Source: Ruditapes philippinarum (Eukaryota). Taken from it: DNA of 64,000 nt. Where the stretch lies: positions 1-64,000 of the forward strand of contig NW_026864050.1 of the NCBI RefSeq assembly GCF_026571515.1, given 5' to 3'. Below are positions 1 to 13,394 of this stretch, in pieces (within the stretch, counting starts at the first letter, position 1; each line of letters opens with the position of its first letter). The position numbers and the translations under genes are program-made. A model generated the notes under the pieces. It ran no database searches. It had not been told where the DNA came from and saw nothing but the letters and a program-made list of their open reading frames with translations.

Positions 1-3000
1 AATGGGACATCAGCAACGTAGATCTAGAATGAAAGATTTCCAGTAAGTCAAATAATTAAATTTCTATGATAATTATTATGCTATCTCATTAAAATCTTAT
101 CCTAACTGACGCTCCACTGCCTTTCGCTCAGGTAGGTTCGAAGAGTAACGAAGCGAAAACGGTAACCAGATTTTTAATAAGATTGATTTGTATGTGATTG
201 AAGTTGCATTTCCTCAGTCAGAAAAGACAACGTTGTAATGATCTAGTTTTGATTATTTATAAATGAATCCCTCTGTCTAACATTTGATCATTTCACAGTA
301 CATGATAATGTTTCCTTTCAGTTTGAATATTCTCATTTAATCTTGATTGTAAAGAAATCTAAGAACTTAATTTAACCACCTTTAAGTCTGCTTAATGGAT
401 TAATTATAGTAACCAGTACTGATATCATGTGAGGAAGCCTGGTTGTGAATCACAACCAGGCTTCCTCACATGATATCAGTACTGTGATCCCATTTGGGCT
501 TATACCCATGATCCCTGGATTAAATGGAAGATACTGTAACCACTTAACAACTTGTCTCTTCATTGTGTTTTATACACCTGGCTATAAACCAGGTTTTCTT
601 TGGTACTCATTCTGGTTTATATTTGAAAATTTATCATTTAGATTAAATCCAGGTTATTAAGTAGCATTTGAATGTTTATCACAGTTTATCAATTGATTGA
701 TAGCATAAATATGGGTACTTCTTTTGTACGGGAACTACCCACATGCCAGTAGCATTACCGTAAAAGTTTATCATTGTCTATCACACCAGTTAATCACTTG
801 ATTTGAATGTTTATCACTGATTGTCATTACAGTTTATCATCAACCGGTGAGGAAGAAGATGACGATGATGACATTGATATTGTGCAAAGTCCAAAGCGTA
901 GATTATCATCATCAGTCCGGTCCAACCGTCCACCATCTCCGTCCATACACAGGTCAAGACCAACTTCAGGTGAGCTGTTTTGTTAAGCTGTGGTTGATAA
1001 CTAAATGAAAAAATTCATTTTGTTTTGTTGTACTATAAATTTAAAATTAAGTGAAGTCTCTGTTTTCAGCCTTTGGCGTTGCACCTAAATCCTTTAAAAT
1101 CAAAATGTTTGTTTTCAGTTTAATGGCTCTTAAAATCATTTTGCCTGCAGTACAACTATAGACATATTTGTTTCCATTGTGGTATTTTCAAATACTTTTA
1201 AAGTCAAATGGGTCATTTCAAAATTTACTTGTGAAAAAATGATATTTAAGTAGAAAAGGATTGCCCATGCAATTGCATGTGTTATATTGGTACATACATC
1301 TGGAAAGATTTATTTACCTGAACTAGCTGCATACTCACACATTGGAAATTACTATGTACCCCAGCCGGATTCTTATCCAATTACGTAGGGGCATAAGGTT
1401 GTTGACTTCAAGCCACTTGTCTTCTTTCATGTGAGGAAGCCATCCAGCTAACTTACAGAATGTCAGTGGTTTTATTCAGGTGTCAGTTTATGCCTGAAAT
1501 TATGCATAAAAGGGACCATGATGTCTTCCTCCATTGCTTAAACTAGAAAGTTGCCATAATATTTTGATCTATATAAAGGTGCTACTTTTAACCCAACCAA
1601 ATAAAAAAAATACTTACATGCCTGGCTGATTGCCTGTAATTTTATGTCAGGAATCTTACCCACTTAGCATCTTTGTGTTTTCTACACTAGAAATGCTTAG
1701 TGTGTATTCAAAGGATGCTTTATTTGAGTCCCCTTTATTTTGAGGCTTACAGAAGTATTTATGTTTAAGTTTGTTTAAATCTGTATTAAGCTCAAGTATG
1801 GTAACATTTAGAGATTTGATATTCAATGTAACTTCATTTTAGGAAACTTTTTTGAATGAGGTGAGAATGGATGTATATTGGGGAGGGTTTTTCCAAGCTA
1901 ATCCCCCAGTGCCAACAAACTTTTACTGTTATAACTTCTCAATGCACTACCACTTACAGTAGATTAGTCAATGTGTTTTGTTAATTTTTGAAGTTTTGAC
2001 TCTAAAAGTTTGTTTATATTCCTGGATTAGCTGGGGGAAAAAACCCAAGTCATTCATAGTTCCAGAGTAGGTCTATTGATATAACACTGACAGCTGTATA
2101 AATTCAATATATCAGACTTAGCATGCACTGTTTTAGGTCTACTGTATTTCACTGCTTTAAGATAATAACTTATTTATCATTAAAAAAAATCAAGCAAATC
2201 TTGCAGAATATGTTCCATAGGAAAATAATGTAATCAATCAACATTAAAAACTTTAAATGTTAGAATAGATTTCAACATGCAATGCCACTTATTCTGTAAT
2301 GTTACTCTACTAATTTTCTTATGTTACTGCTAAAATGTGTTATTTAATAGGTCTATACTTAATATAATGATAATTTTAAACAGTCCAACTGGAAAACTAA
2401 TAATTTATGATTGAAGATGAAAAAAAATTCTTGACAATTATGTGATATCAGTAGCCATTAATTAGCCAGTGACTCAGCATCAGTGCTGTAGCCACACTCA
2501 CACTGCAGCAAACCCAGACAGAAGCCTTGGTTAAAATTTGAGAAGTTAATAAATATATAATAGGTAGAGAATAGTTCTTGGGGGAAAAAAAGCCTCCAAT
2601 ATAAGTTGAAGCAGATTGGACTTAATCGACTATGAAGGATATGCTAGATTAAATGGTTTAGCTTTGATACATATTCGTAAACAAAATTTCACTTGCCTGT
2701 AATAAGATTTTAAAGTTATGGGATTCTCCTGGAAACAGAATAATTGTCATACTGTGAACATGGGCTAACAGATAAATTAAATAAAATGACTGTATTTTAA
2801 ATCTTGTAAAGAACTTTTTTTTTCCAAAATGTAAAATATATTAAAATGGTATAAAGATAATTAGATTCAGAATGACATAATAGCTTGTCCAAGATTGCTC
2901 AAAAACGCAACAGAGACATTCTAGGTAAGAAAAAATTATGGGGGAGCATGGCTACGACATTGGCATATTGTATTTTGATGTCACTTGATAGCTTTATACA

Positions 3001-4409
3001 GGTGCTTAAAACTTAACAGTAGTTACATATATATACACACATGTAGAGTATTTTTAACAAACAGACAGATCAGTTGTATCAATTACAAATATATTGAAAC
3101 TTGCCTTTAGCTTTAAAAACTCTACAGAAAATTAGTTTGAAATTTAATTGTATGTATCATATAACTTTTTTGTGTTGAAAAAGTTTTTTTTTTCTGGTTC
3201 ACATAACTGTATACTGTTTAAAAAATATATGATATATTTTGTTGAACTTGTTATACTGAAATATTTGGGGAAAAATTAATCCTACAGGTTTGTTGTTTAT
3301 TTTGAATTTAAAGCTGCATGCCTCAAGATGAATGAACATGCATCAAGAAAATCAAACTTGAGAAAAATGTTCTAAGATTTTTAGGAAAGTAAAATAGAAT
3401 CAAGATTCAAGTAATGATTTACATTTTATGTGCTATTCATGACTGGTTTTGCAGTATTAATCATTATATTTCTACTGAATTACTAATACATTAAGGGTTT
3501 ATTTTGGCATATTTTGACCTCTTTTCCAAAAATTTATGTGGATTTTAAGTGTTATTTGCAAATGCATAAGTTACATTCTTTGTTCACTTCACAATATTTT
3601 ACTTTTTATAAAATTTTCAAAATTATCATGAAAATTAAGATGAATCTTGAGGCATGCTGCTTTATATGTACATACTAGATATTTACACTATTTCTATATT
3701 TGTAGGTAAATCAAGGGCATCTATCAGTTCAGCTTCAGGCAAGGTAAGGATTATATGTTATCTTTTTACAAGAATTGACTGCATAAAGTGTTTAAACTTG
3801 AAAATCCTGAAGATTTTATTTACTTTTCTTTTGGAAAAATTCTTGAATTACCAGTAGGCAATAGTACCGGTACTTCTTATTATATATGATAAATGTTCTT
3901 TTTAAAAAAAACATCTTCTCCATGTAGATCTGAAAAAAGATTAGGGAAGAATCATTTTGCTTAGCACATGTCAATGTTGCTTGTAGAAACAGTTGCCAGG
4001 CAACAACTTCAGCTATTTATTGGATGGTATTATATATTATGAAAGAGTTCCATAAAGTATATGTCCTCTATTTTTTTTCTTTTTTATTATCATTATTATT
4101 TATTTTTATTTTTTTTTTCATTATTATATTTTTTGAATTACGCATTATTGATTGCCGTATTCCAAATTTTTTTTCTTTTGATATTTTCATGAACCTCCAT
4201 CCTATTTCATGTTGAGAAAACAAAAACATGGCTTTTCTCAAACTTATTTGTAACAAATGTTTGCATTTTACTATTTATTTGTTGTATAGTGATTATATAG
4301 ACTTACATGTTCATATTTCTTTCAATTTCAGGGTTCATCAGCATATAGCTCATCATATAAGGGAAGAGGAACATATTCTACACATTTAGATGATGATGAT
4401 GACTTTTAA
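1..4409 (+). CDS. 3' part of a spliced gene, unidentified low-complexity Ser/Arg/Asp-rich C-terminus (5' end outside window)
   Basis: Four phase-compatible GT-AG exons: <1-42, 833-969, 3706-3743, 4332-4409 (TAA). Joined reading: ...MGHQQRRSRMKDFHLSSTGEEEDDDDDIDIVQSPKRRLSSSVRSNRPPSPSIHRSRPTSGKSRASISSASGKGSSAYSSSYKGRGTYSTHLDDDDDF*. No recognisable domain. Confidence 0.7.
414..484. repeat. Perfect 71-bp palindrome (35-bp arms, 1-nt loop) in an intron
   Basis: 414-448 CAGTACTGATATCATGTGAGGAAGCCTGGTTGTGA is the exact reverse complement of 450-484. Confidence 0.95.
1360..1610 (+). mobile_element. Degenerate tRNA-derived SINE (family A)
   Basis: Body CATGTGAGGAAGCCATCCAGCT...GCCTGAAATTATGCA...GTCTTCCTCCA...AAACCCAACCAAATAAAAAAAA with an A-rich tail. 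Related fragments occur at ~13900-13990 (-), ~14830-14940 (-), ~20330-20420 (-) and ~32190-32283 (+). Confidence 0.6.
3309..3664. mobile_element. Non-autonomous TIR element (Kolobok-like, TTAA-type flanks)
   Basis: Inverted termini TAAAGCTGCATGCCTCAAGAT / ATCTTGAGGCATGCTGCTTTA. A related copy is at 11448-11765 and a partial one starts ~7185. Superfamily is inferred from the ends only. Confidence 0.6.
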
Positions 4410-5049
4410 TTATAATCAAGCAGTTCACATAGATTATTAGAGATACACTTGATTTATATAAAATATTTCTTAGTAGATTGTTATTGATAGATAAACTAAT
4501 ATCTTTAATTCTGGGTCCCATGGGGAAGAAAACATGTGGAAAGAAAATATGAATATTGTGTATGGATTAAGATATGTTAGTGATCATTGGTTTTAAGATA
4601 AGCTGAAATCTGCCATGAATATTTTCAACTGTCAGAAGGACACCGAAGATCACAAAAGGCATGTTCAAGACTCATCTTATAGACATGTGTTGTGTTTAAA
4701 TATTTCTCAAATATACATGACTTGCTATATGCAATATAGACCATTTTTTCAATCACATTGTAAGCTTGTAAAACATATTTTTATCAAATTTTATCATAGG
4801 TTATACACCTGCCAATCTTTATGAATATATTTAAAATATTATACATCTCCCAAAAGGTTTTTGGAATTCAAAATATTTCACCACTTACTTACTATGTCTC
4901 GTGGTGGTTATACATAGAAGCAACAAATTATGTTTCCACTCACCGATTTATATATAAGTTATAAGACATGTTAAATAACACCATTGGTTTTGAATGATGG
5001 AATACCATAATTCTATAAATAGAAGCAAATTAATGAATTACTGGTTTTC

Positions 5050-5315
5050 CATTTTAAGCTCGTCTATTTCAAAGAAAAAGTGGAGCCATTTTGATCGCTG
5101 CAACACTTGTGTTGTTGTCATGCAAAAACTTAATGTTCTCTGTTATTCAAACAGTTTAAAAATTATCAAAATAAACCTTGACTATTTGCTTATCATGACA
5201 AGGTGCAGTTGACAAGGGGAATATTTCTGAAAGCAATATTTTTGGAGTTATGCCCCTTTTTATCTCAGAATTTATAACAGACAAGCGTTAACACCACGCA
5301 TGGTGCTTTTGTTTT
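5050..5315 (+). mobile_element. Short, internally deleted Helentron-type (HINE-like) element
   Basis: Starts TTTTAAGCTCGTCTATTTC...GAGC (5' subterminal inverted repeat), contains the GAGTTATGCCCCTT monomer motif also seen at 7.7-9.1 kb, and ends in a short hairpin plus TTGTT. Confidence 0.45.
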
Positions 5316-6010
5316 GTAATGCATTTTGTTTGTGCTAGACCTCTAACAAAAAAGTTTTGTTGAAATATTTTTTAAAATTTTCATTTTATGTCTTTAGAAG
5401 CTGACATTATCATCAATATAGAGTATTGCAGGTTGGTAAATGTATTGCTCACTTAATTTCACAGTTTTTAAGTTTCACAACCGGTGTTGAATTTTTAGGC
5501 TTTGTGGTTGTAATATGATACTTTTGTCAGAACAGTGCTCTATTGGCTGTTGTGATATGAAACTAACAGTCACTACTTCATTATGATATGATATTTATAT
5601 CACTTTTATTTCACTTTTATTGACTGACCTGCAGTATCTAGATTTAAGATAATTGTGATAATTTAGAATATTTTATAGTTAAAAAACCAATCATGATTGC
5701 TATGTACTGGAAAGAAAAATATTTCTAGTATAAGAAACATGTATGTGATAATGATATAATTGTGCAATGACATAGAGAATTGTTTAAGAAAGTTCAAGCA
5801 GTCATTTTTTGTAAGGGTAAAATTCTAGTGTGCTCTTTATAACCAGGTTAATAGATCAAGGTTAGTTTTAGAGTTTATAAAGTTATGGTTATATAACTGA
5901 TTAAAACAAATTTTGATGATAGAATGAATTTTTTTAGGTAAATATTTCTAGGTATATTGTATTTGGAATTCTGTTAGTGTATACATGTATATATTTACAG
6001 ATATATTTAA

Positions 6011-6335
6011 CTGGGCTTCGTTTCATAGAAAGTCCTAAGTCTGAAATCAGTCTTAAGACCAAAACTTTGAGTTTCAAAGAAAATGTTCTAACTTTTGTCT
6101 CCTATGTGAAGACTCTTTTAATTTCTAAATAGCAATGCTGATTGCACATTGTGAATATAAGGGTCTCTCGTTGTATTTTCATAACTTTTCTCAGTAGAAT
6201 GAATTTATTTATGGTCTACAGTATTTGACTGAAGATAAAAATGTTTATTGAAACGGTCTTAAAGTTTGTCTTAAAGTTGGTTTAATGTCCTAAGACTTAA
6301 GATACACTTGGGACTTTCTATGAAACGCAGCCCAG
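6011..6335. mobile_element. MITE with ~30-bp TIRs (PIF/Harbinger-like)
   Basis: CTGGGCTTCGTTTCATAGAAAGTCCTAAGT at 6011 is mirrored by ACTTGGGACTTTCTATGAAACGCAGCCCAG ending at 6335. CWG-type flanks and GGGC ends. Confidence 0.7.
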
Positions 6336-7703
6336 GAGTATTCGGACTCAATGTCTCAAAAAGGACAATTTGTGGTCATACAATAACAGCACGAATGATA
6401 TTTGTAATTATTGAGGAGAATATGGGATATTGTTATCTAACTAAAGGGAGAGAAATTAAGGGGAAAAAAATACACAAAGTATCAGGAATGTAATAAACTT
6501 ATTTGTTTATTTTTATTCAAGATGTTCTCTATGTTCCTGAAAAGTGTACATATTTAATATTCTTGAGTATGAGAATTTACCAGAATGTAAATGTTTTTAT
6601 AAACATATTGAGGCAGTTCAGGGATATACCAGAATTAATAACGAGAACTTGACAAAAATGCTCTTTTTTTTGTACACAACTGTATATAAAATAACAGGAC
6701 CAATGCTTCATGCTTAGAAGAGTTAGGGAAATGATCACAATGTTTTGTTGCTAAGACGTATGTTATAACATGTATTGTATATAGTTACACTCACAATGTC
6801 TGTGATATTTTAGAGATATGAGAATCAAAGAATTCTTCAATGACCTTGAACCATCCTCTGTGTACATATTGTTCTTGTTTTGATGTTTTGGGAAAGACAT
6901 GTGCAGGGACAATCCTAAGCACAATCCTAACCAGTAAACAGCCAGCGGAAAAACAATTGTTACGAAAGGATTGGTCTTTTGGGATGTGAATATAGACTAT
7001 AATTATTTACCCAAACTGTACCTGAATTTAAAAGACATTAACTCTCTAATATAAATGGTCGCTATATAGAGGTCATGATTTACAGAATGCTAATAGCAAA
7101 AATGTTTTGACTATGTAACCAGTATACTAAGGAAGACCATCTTAACATTCGTACAGCCTGATAAGATTCTGTAGTTTTAGCTGTTAAAAGTAGTATGCCT
7201 CCAGATTTATGCTAATTTTTTAAAAGCTATTATCAAGTAAAATATTGTCAAGTGAAATAAAGAAAGTAAGTAAAATAAAAAAGTAACTTACACATTGCAA
7301 ATGGCACTTAAAATCTAAAAAAATATATCAAAAATAGGTCAGAATAGGTAAAAATAACCCCTACTGTGTTAGTCACGCAGTAGAAATATAAATACTGCAA
7401 AATAAGTCATTAATTGCATGTAACATATAAACTATTTTATAATTGTTAACATTTTTACTTTTCTAAAAATCTTAATAAATTTTTCTCAAGATTACTTTTC
7501 TTGAAATAGTTGGTCCATCTTGATTCATTAAAACCTTTTATACTACTGGATGGAAAGTTCCATATATTTAATAACTAACACCTATCTGTTGTTACAGAAA
7601 TTCAGAAGTGATAGTAACTTAAGAATTTTAAAAAAACAATCAAAACTCTGTCACAGGTTTTGAGGAATTCTTTGATTTTTAAACTCTCTTATTTTGTTGA
7701 AAT

Positions 7704-9138
7704 TTATTATGCCCCCGCCATGTAATGGCCGGGGCATATAGTGTTACCCTGTTCCGTCATTCCGTCCTTCCGTCCTTCCGTCCTTCCGTCCTTCCATCCT
7801 TCCGTCCTTCCGTCCTTCCGTCATTCTGTCATTCCGTCATCATCAGTTTCCGTTCATTATCTTAAGAACGGTTGGGCACATTCAACTCAAATTTGACATA
7901 TGGATATGTCATGAGAAAATACAGGTCAAGTTCGAATTTGGTCATGGTTCGATGATTTTTGGCAGAGTTGTGCCCCTTTTACTTTGAAAATAATATGAAA
8001 TTTCAGTTTCTGTTCATTATCTCAAGAACGGTTGGACACATTCAACTCAAACTTGACATATGGATATGTTATGAGAAAATACAGGTCAAGTTCGAATTTG
8101 GTCATGGTTCGATGATTTTTGGCAGAGTTATGCCCCTTTTACTTTGAAAATAATATGAAATTTTCAGTTTCCGTTCATTATCTCCCCAACGGTACAACAC
8201 AATCAACTCAAACTTGACATATTGATGCGTCAAAGGAATGCGCAGGTCAAGTTCAAATTTGGTCGTGGTTCGATGATTTTTGGCAGAGTTATGCCCCTTT
8301 TACTTTGAAAATAATATGAAATTTTCAGTTTCCGTTCATTATCTCCCTCAAGGTACAACACATTCAACTCAAACGTGACATATGGATGCGTCAATGGAAT
8401 GCGCAGCTCAAGTTCAAATTTAGTCATGGTTCAATGATTTTTGGCAGAGTTATGCCCCTTTCACTTTGAAAGTAATATGAAATTTTCAGTTTCCGTTTAT
8501 TATCTCCCCAATGGTACAACACATTCAACTCAAATTTGACATATGGATATGTTTTTGGAATGCGCAGGCCAAGTTCGAGTTTGGTCATGGTTCAATGATT
8601 TTTGGCAGAGTAATGCCCCTTTCACTTTGAAAATAGTATGAAATTTACAGTTTCTGTTCATTATCTACCTAACAGTGTTACATTTTAAATTTTAATTTGA
8701 CATATGGATATGTCAAAGGAATGGGCAGGTCAAGTTGGAATTTGGTCAGGGTTTGATGTTTTTTTGGCAGAGTTATGTCCCTTTCACTTTGAAAATAATA
8801 TAGATACATCTTAAGAATAAGCAGTTTAAGTTTGAATTTGGTCATGGTTCAATGATTTTAGACAAACTTATCTTTCCTGAATGTTGGAAAAATTTTGAAC
8901 TTTCAGTTTCAGCACTCATTCTTTTAGCCATTATTTTGGCTACAAATATGCAATATGCTTTTTCTAAAGGTTAAGACTGAATAATTTCAGTGCCTTGAAC
9001 GTTTTATGGAAATGGTTTGTGTTAACATTGAAAAGTTTTAAGGGCTTTGAACTTAAAATGAAAAAAAAAAATTAATGCACCATCTGAAATTTTGGCTGCA
9101 TGCGGGGGCATCCGTGGCATGATGACACATTTCTAGTT
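7704..9138 (+). mobile_element. Helentron-associated (HINE/DINE-like) element with ~161-bp internal satellite array
   Basis: 5' TTATTATGCCCCC...GGGGCATA subterminal inverted repeat, (TTCCGTCC)n microsatellite ~7750-7840, six to seven ~161-bp monomers (CAGTTTCCGTTCATTATCT at ~7843, 8005, 8165, 8326, 8487, 8648), 3' GGGGGCAT plus short hairpin and CTAGTT. This matches the known bivalve HINE layout. Confidence 0.8.
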
Positions 9139-9348
9139 GTAAATGTGCTGTTTGAACATTCATGCTGCAAAATTTATTATGATTACTAAATTTTTAATGT
9201 TAAAAGCCATTAACATACACTGCATGTAAGGAGATTTCATGCATTTGAATTTAAAATAACTTTTAACAAAATCCCCTCATAATATTTATAATATTCTTTC
9301 TTTAAGTAAGAAGTTTGAGGGGAAACATGGGAAAAATGTACTTACAAT

Positions 9349-9430
9349 AATTGTATTTTCTCGTATATGCAATTGTATTTTCTCGTATTTGCAATTGTAT
9401 TTTCTCGTATTTGCAATTGTATTTTCTCAT
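9349..9430. repeat. 22-bp tandem repeat, ~3.7 copies
   Basis: AATTGTATTTTCTCGTATWTGC repeated. Confidence 0.9.
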
Positions 9431-10742
9431 TAGTAATGCCATAACACTATTATTCTTACAACGTTTATGTTATTTTGTGCCTTTTTGAGAAGTGTTATAA
9501 CTCAATGTAATTATGTTTAGACTATTGTCATTTTTTATATGGTTGCTCAAAATCCAAACTCTGGCACATAATTTGTACTTTGTATATAATGTATGATAGG
9601 TATTGAACTAAGTAGATCTGCTGTATTTATTTATTGTTTTTTGTTATTTTTGTTAGTAACTCTGCTCATCATGATAACATTGGCCAAATTGTCATTTCAA
9701 AAAGTTTCTGTCAAAGTGCTTATAGGAATATATTATTTAGGAGTTGTTTTTCCACAGTTTAATGGAGAATGAAAATAGTTTAATAATGCATGTAAATCTA
9801 CCTGATATATTCTGGTATGTCAGGAAAGAAATTCGAAAAGGAAAGACTGTTTATAAGGTAAACATTGTAGGTTTTGAAAAGAGAGGGATGGCATATATAT
9901 TTGCCCGCGTCAGTTTGCAGCATTGTCTTGCTGTCATGCTGTACATCTATAAACTGACAAAACAGTGAAATGTGGGAACATCCCTGTGGTTTGGACACAT
10001 TTCTAGTGTTATCTGTTACATAAGTTTTTACACTTAAATGCACTTAATAATCCGCTTTTTGTGGTCTTTATCACAGTGAGGTGTACAGTATATACAAACT
10101 GAAGGCATTTTAAGAAAATATAATACTCCTAAAGCTATAAATAAGCTCCTTAAAGCATTTATTTAAGCTATGTGCTATATAGTATCAAGCCATATAACAT
10201 GGTTAATTGAACCTTCAATACAACAGAATGTTAAGAGACGACTCAAATCGGCTGTTTCATTATAGAGGCATTCTGTTTCATCCTTTTTTTCATGATAACC
10301 TAATTCTTTGCAATTCCACTGTTTAAAAGTTATGGTAGATTTATTTATTCCAGACTTTGTATAGATGTGTTAAAAGATATTTTGGGACAGAAATTATCCT
10401 TTTAGATAATTATAATGTGAAGAGAAATTATAACAATTGTTTTCCTTCTCACAATATTTGCTACCTTTCTTTTGAAATATTCAGGAAAAATCATGTATTA
10501 GTACTACAGTATGGCATTTGTATGTCCGTCCATAATTTTAAGAAAATCTTTTACTATTTGTATAATGGGTAGGCATTTTATGTTTTAGCTTGTAATAGGT
10601 ATTAGAAACTGAACAGACTTTTCTTCTCAAATGTTATATTTTTTTCATAGTTAAATAAATATAAAAGACAGCTATAACAGTGTTTCTTTGTGCATTTGAC
10701 ATCCATTTATTTAAACAAGCAATCTAATGGAAGTGACTCATT

Positions 10743-10932
10743 GGATATGTTCACAGAATGATATATTCACAGAATGATATGTTCATGGATTGATATGTTC
10801 ACAGAATGATATGTTCACAGAATGATATGTTCACGGAATGATATGTTCACGGAATGATATGTTCACAGAATGATATGTTCACGGAATGATATGTTCACAG
10901 AATGATATTTTCACAGAATGATATGTTCACGG
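10743..10932. repeat. 16-bp minisatellite, ~12 copies
   Basis: Unit GAATGATATGTTCAC(A/G). Confidence 0.95.
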
Positions 10933-10979
10933 TACAGATTTCAATATCATAATGTTCACCATATCTCATTGTCTCAGTA

Positions 10980-11250
10980 CAGAGCATAGGCCTAGTGATT
11001 AAAGTGTGTATCTTACTTGAGGAATTGTAGGTTCAAAGGCTACTGCATTAAAATCATTACAAGAAAATCATTGCAAGTATGACATCATCATGGGAACCCA
11101 GCTAACTAAATTCATGAATGAAGTGAATATTTAAGGAGTATGTCTGGATTACTGAGGCTAATCCGACATTTTAGTACTGGTTAGTTCTAGGAAGTGACTA
11201 GTGTTTCAAATAACTTATAAGCTGTCATCAAAATAGAGCTAAAAATAAAA
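10980..11250 (+). mobile_element. Degraded tRNA-derived SINE (family B)
   Basis: Box A-like GGCCTAGTGATTAA, box B-like GGTTCAAAG, and body motif AGTACTGGTTAGTTCTAGGAAG shared with the SINEs at 27.9 and 42.4 kb. Confidence 0.45.
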
Positions 11251-11447
11251 ATTATTAATAATTTTATACTAAATCTTCACTGAGCTACGAAGGGAGTGTA
11301 TAGTACCGCAAAAAAAACTTGTTTGATGAACCACTATACATCCTTCGTGTCATTTCAGTTTGACCATATATTATAATGTTGACTGCCCTGGCTAGTTTCA
11401 ACAAATAAAAAGTCCATTAAAAATTTCAGAAGTATAAGGGTTAGATC

Positions 11448-11765
11448 AAAGCAGCATGCCTCCATATTAATGCCAATTTTCATGAAAATTTTGAAAATGT
11501 ATTGATAAATATTGTGAAGTGAACAAAGAAAGTAATTTACACATTGCAAATAGCACTTACAATCCATGTAAATTACCAAAAAGGTCAAAATATGCACACA
11601 CAAAAAGCTCTTACTGGTCGACTGAGAAATATGGTGATAAAGTCTGCTATTTAATTAGTCATTTACCGCACGTAAATTATTACTTAAATCTTTTTACTTT
11701 TCTTAAAATCTTAGTAGTTTGATTTCCATGAAATATTTTGGCTCATTTGCAGGCATGCTGCTTTG
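11448..11765. mobile_element. Non-autonomous TIR element, same family as 3309-3664
   Basis: AAAGCAGCATGCCT ... AGGCATGCTGCTTT inverted ends. The interior aligns with 7185-7480. Confidence 0.6.
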
Positions 11766-11864
11766 AAAAACCTCGGCTCACAAAAACTTTTATATTATAT
11801 TATTATACAATAACAACTGGAGACTAACAGTCACCTCTATAAAATTTAAGTTTTAATGGTCACC

Positions 11865-12160
11865 AACCAATGAAGGTGTTGGTAGTTTTCACTCCAGATC
11901 ACGGCAGTAAACTACATTGAATTTACCAGAGCACAGTTCAGCCACCACATCGTTCCTGGACAGGCTGTCAAGCAGTTTACCAGAACAAGTTGCCTTCACT
12001 TTCCCAAGGAACTGATAACTTCTGTACAGCAGTGATACAGTGCAAATGAAAGGATTTCATGATCAATTAAAATATAAGTGGCCTGCAACATGCGGGAATC
12101 AAACCTGGGTATCAGATTCACAGTCCAACGCTCTTCCTATTGTCCTTATTGGACGTCTGT
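11865..12160 (-). mobile_element. Old tRNA-derived SINE (resembles molluscan Meta-core SINEs)
   Basis: Reverse-oriented tRNA head (GGGAATCAAACCTGG...CAGTCCAACGCTC on + strand) plus core motifs CCACATCGTTCCTGGACAGGCT, GAACTGATAACT and TTTCATGATCAAT. Family assignment is from memory. Confidence 0.5.
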
Positions 12161-13394
12161 GACCAAACAACTTTGGAAAACTGTTAAATATTTGATATGA
12201 TATCCAATCAGAATGTCTAGAAAGTTATGGCATGTTAATCAAAAAGGAAACACCCAGGCATAAACTTTTTGTGTTCTTTTGTCATAAATCTCTATTCAAA
12301 AACTTGACTAAGGTTACAAACATGAAGTATGCCCTGAAAGGAAGTAAAATAATTACAAAACAAAACAATGATTGATAAAATATTTTTTTTTTATTTTCAA
12401 GACAAATATGATTCAATCACAGTAACAATACAATACAAAATATGTGAATCACAGCGTCAGTGTACAGAAAGTAAAATTAAATGCAACTTTCATATTCTAT
12501 TTTAATTTAATATAGTCATCTGACATGGAATAAAAACATTATAATGTTGAAAAAAAAAGCTATGTTTTTCTTTATACATGTATATATAATAATTTCTGTC
12601 CATTAGGCTATATCTCTAAATTGACACTGACTGAAAAATGTTTTCGCTAACTTTGGTAAAAGCCAACATATAGAAAAATTTATTAAAAAAACTCTCTTTT
12701 ATTAGCAGACAATTAGAGCTTTAAAAAAAGTATAGTAATGGAAAGAATATTAAAATGAAATGGTTATGATCAATTTCATAATGTCACACTATTATTCACC
12801 TATTTCAAAACAATTTTATTCCTGTCGAGCATTAAATCTCAATGCTGCAGTCGAACTGAGCAATTCAAGTGTTTTTTTTGTTTTTTGTTTTTTTAATTTG
12901 TGATTTATACAAAAAATGAAAATTTATTTCCCTGGCTATCTTAAGGCTATAAAGGTGGAACTATTGCATCATTTTTTTTTGACAACTTGAAAAATACAAC
13001 ATTTCAAGAATTAAAGAAAATTGATATTTGAGCATTTGTAATGATCATTTAAGGGTTATGTTATGTACAAAGAAGAACCTTATCTGAGCTTACTAAAAAC
13101 AAAACTCTGAACCTTTCACATATCATATATACCAGAATTCGTTTTTGACTACATAATAAAAGATTTTCTAGTTTCTTAAATATTTCAATGTGACTAGAAA
13201 TAATGTTTTAAAATAATTACTTGAATCCCTCAATCAATGCTTATTGGATACTCACTATTGTTTTGATTGTGTTAAAAACTGCTCAAAAAACAAAGGACTT
13301 GCATTACATTTTATTGTTTAACAATCTTAAATAATATCATTAATAGCATTCTTAAATTAAAGATGGTGAAAAAAACACAACGCCACCGAGTATA

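Noticed and set aside
7959-8427. Short ORFs in satellite and MITE sequence (also 32067, 38457-38882, 55867, 59632)
   Set aside because: They lie within non-autonomous repeats and show no protein-family motifs.
10743-10932. Regular repeats here and at 54.2 kb as CRISPR arrays
   Set aside because: Head-to-tail units with no unique spacers, no cas genes, and a eukaryotic context.
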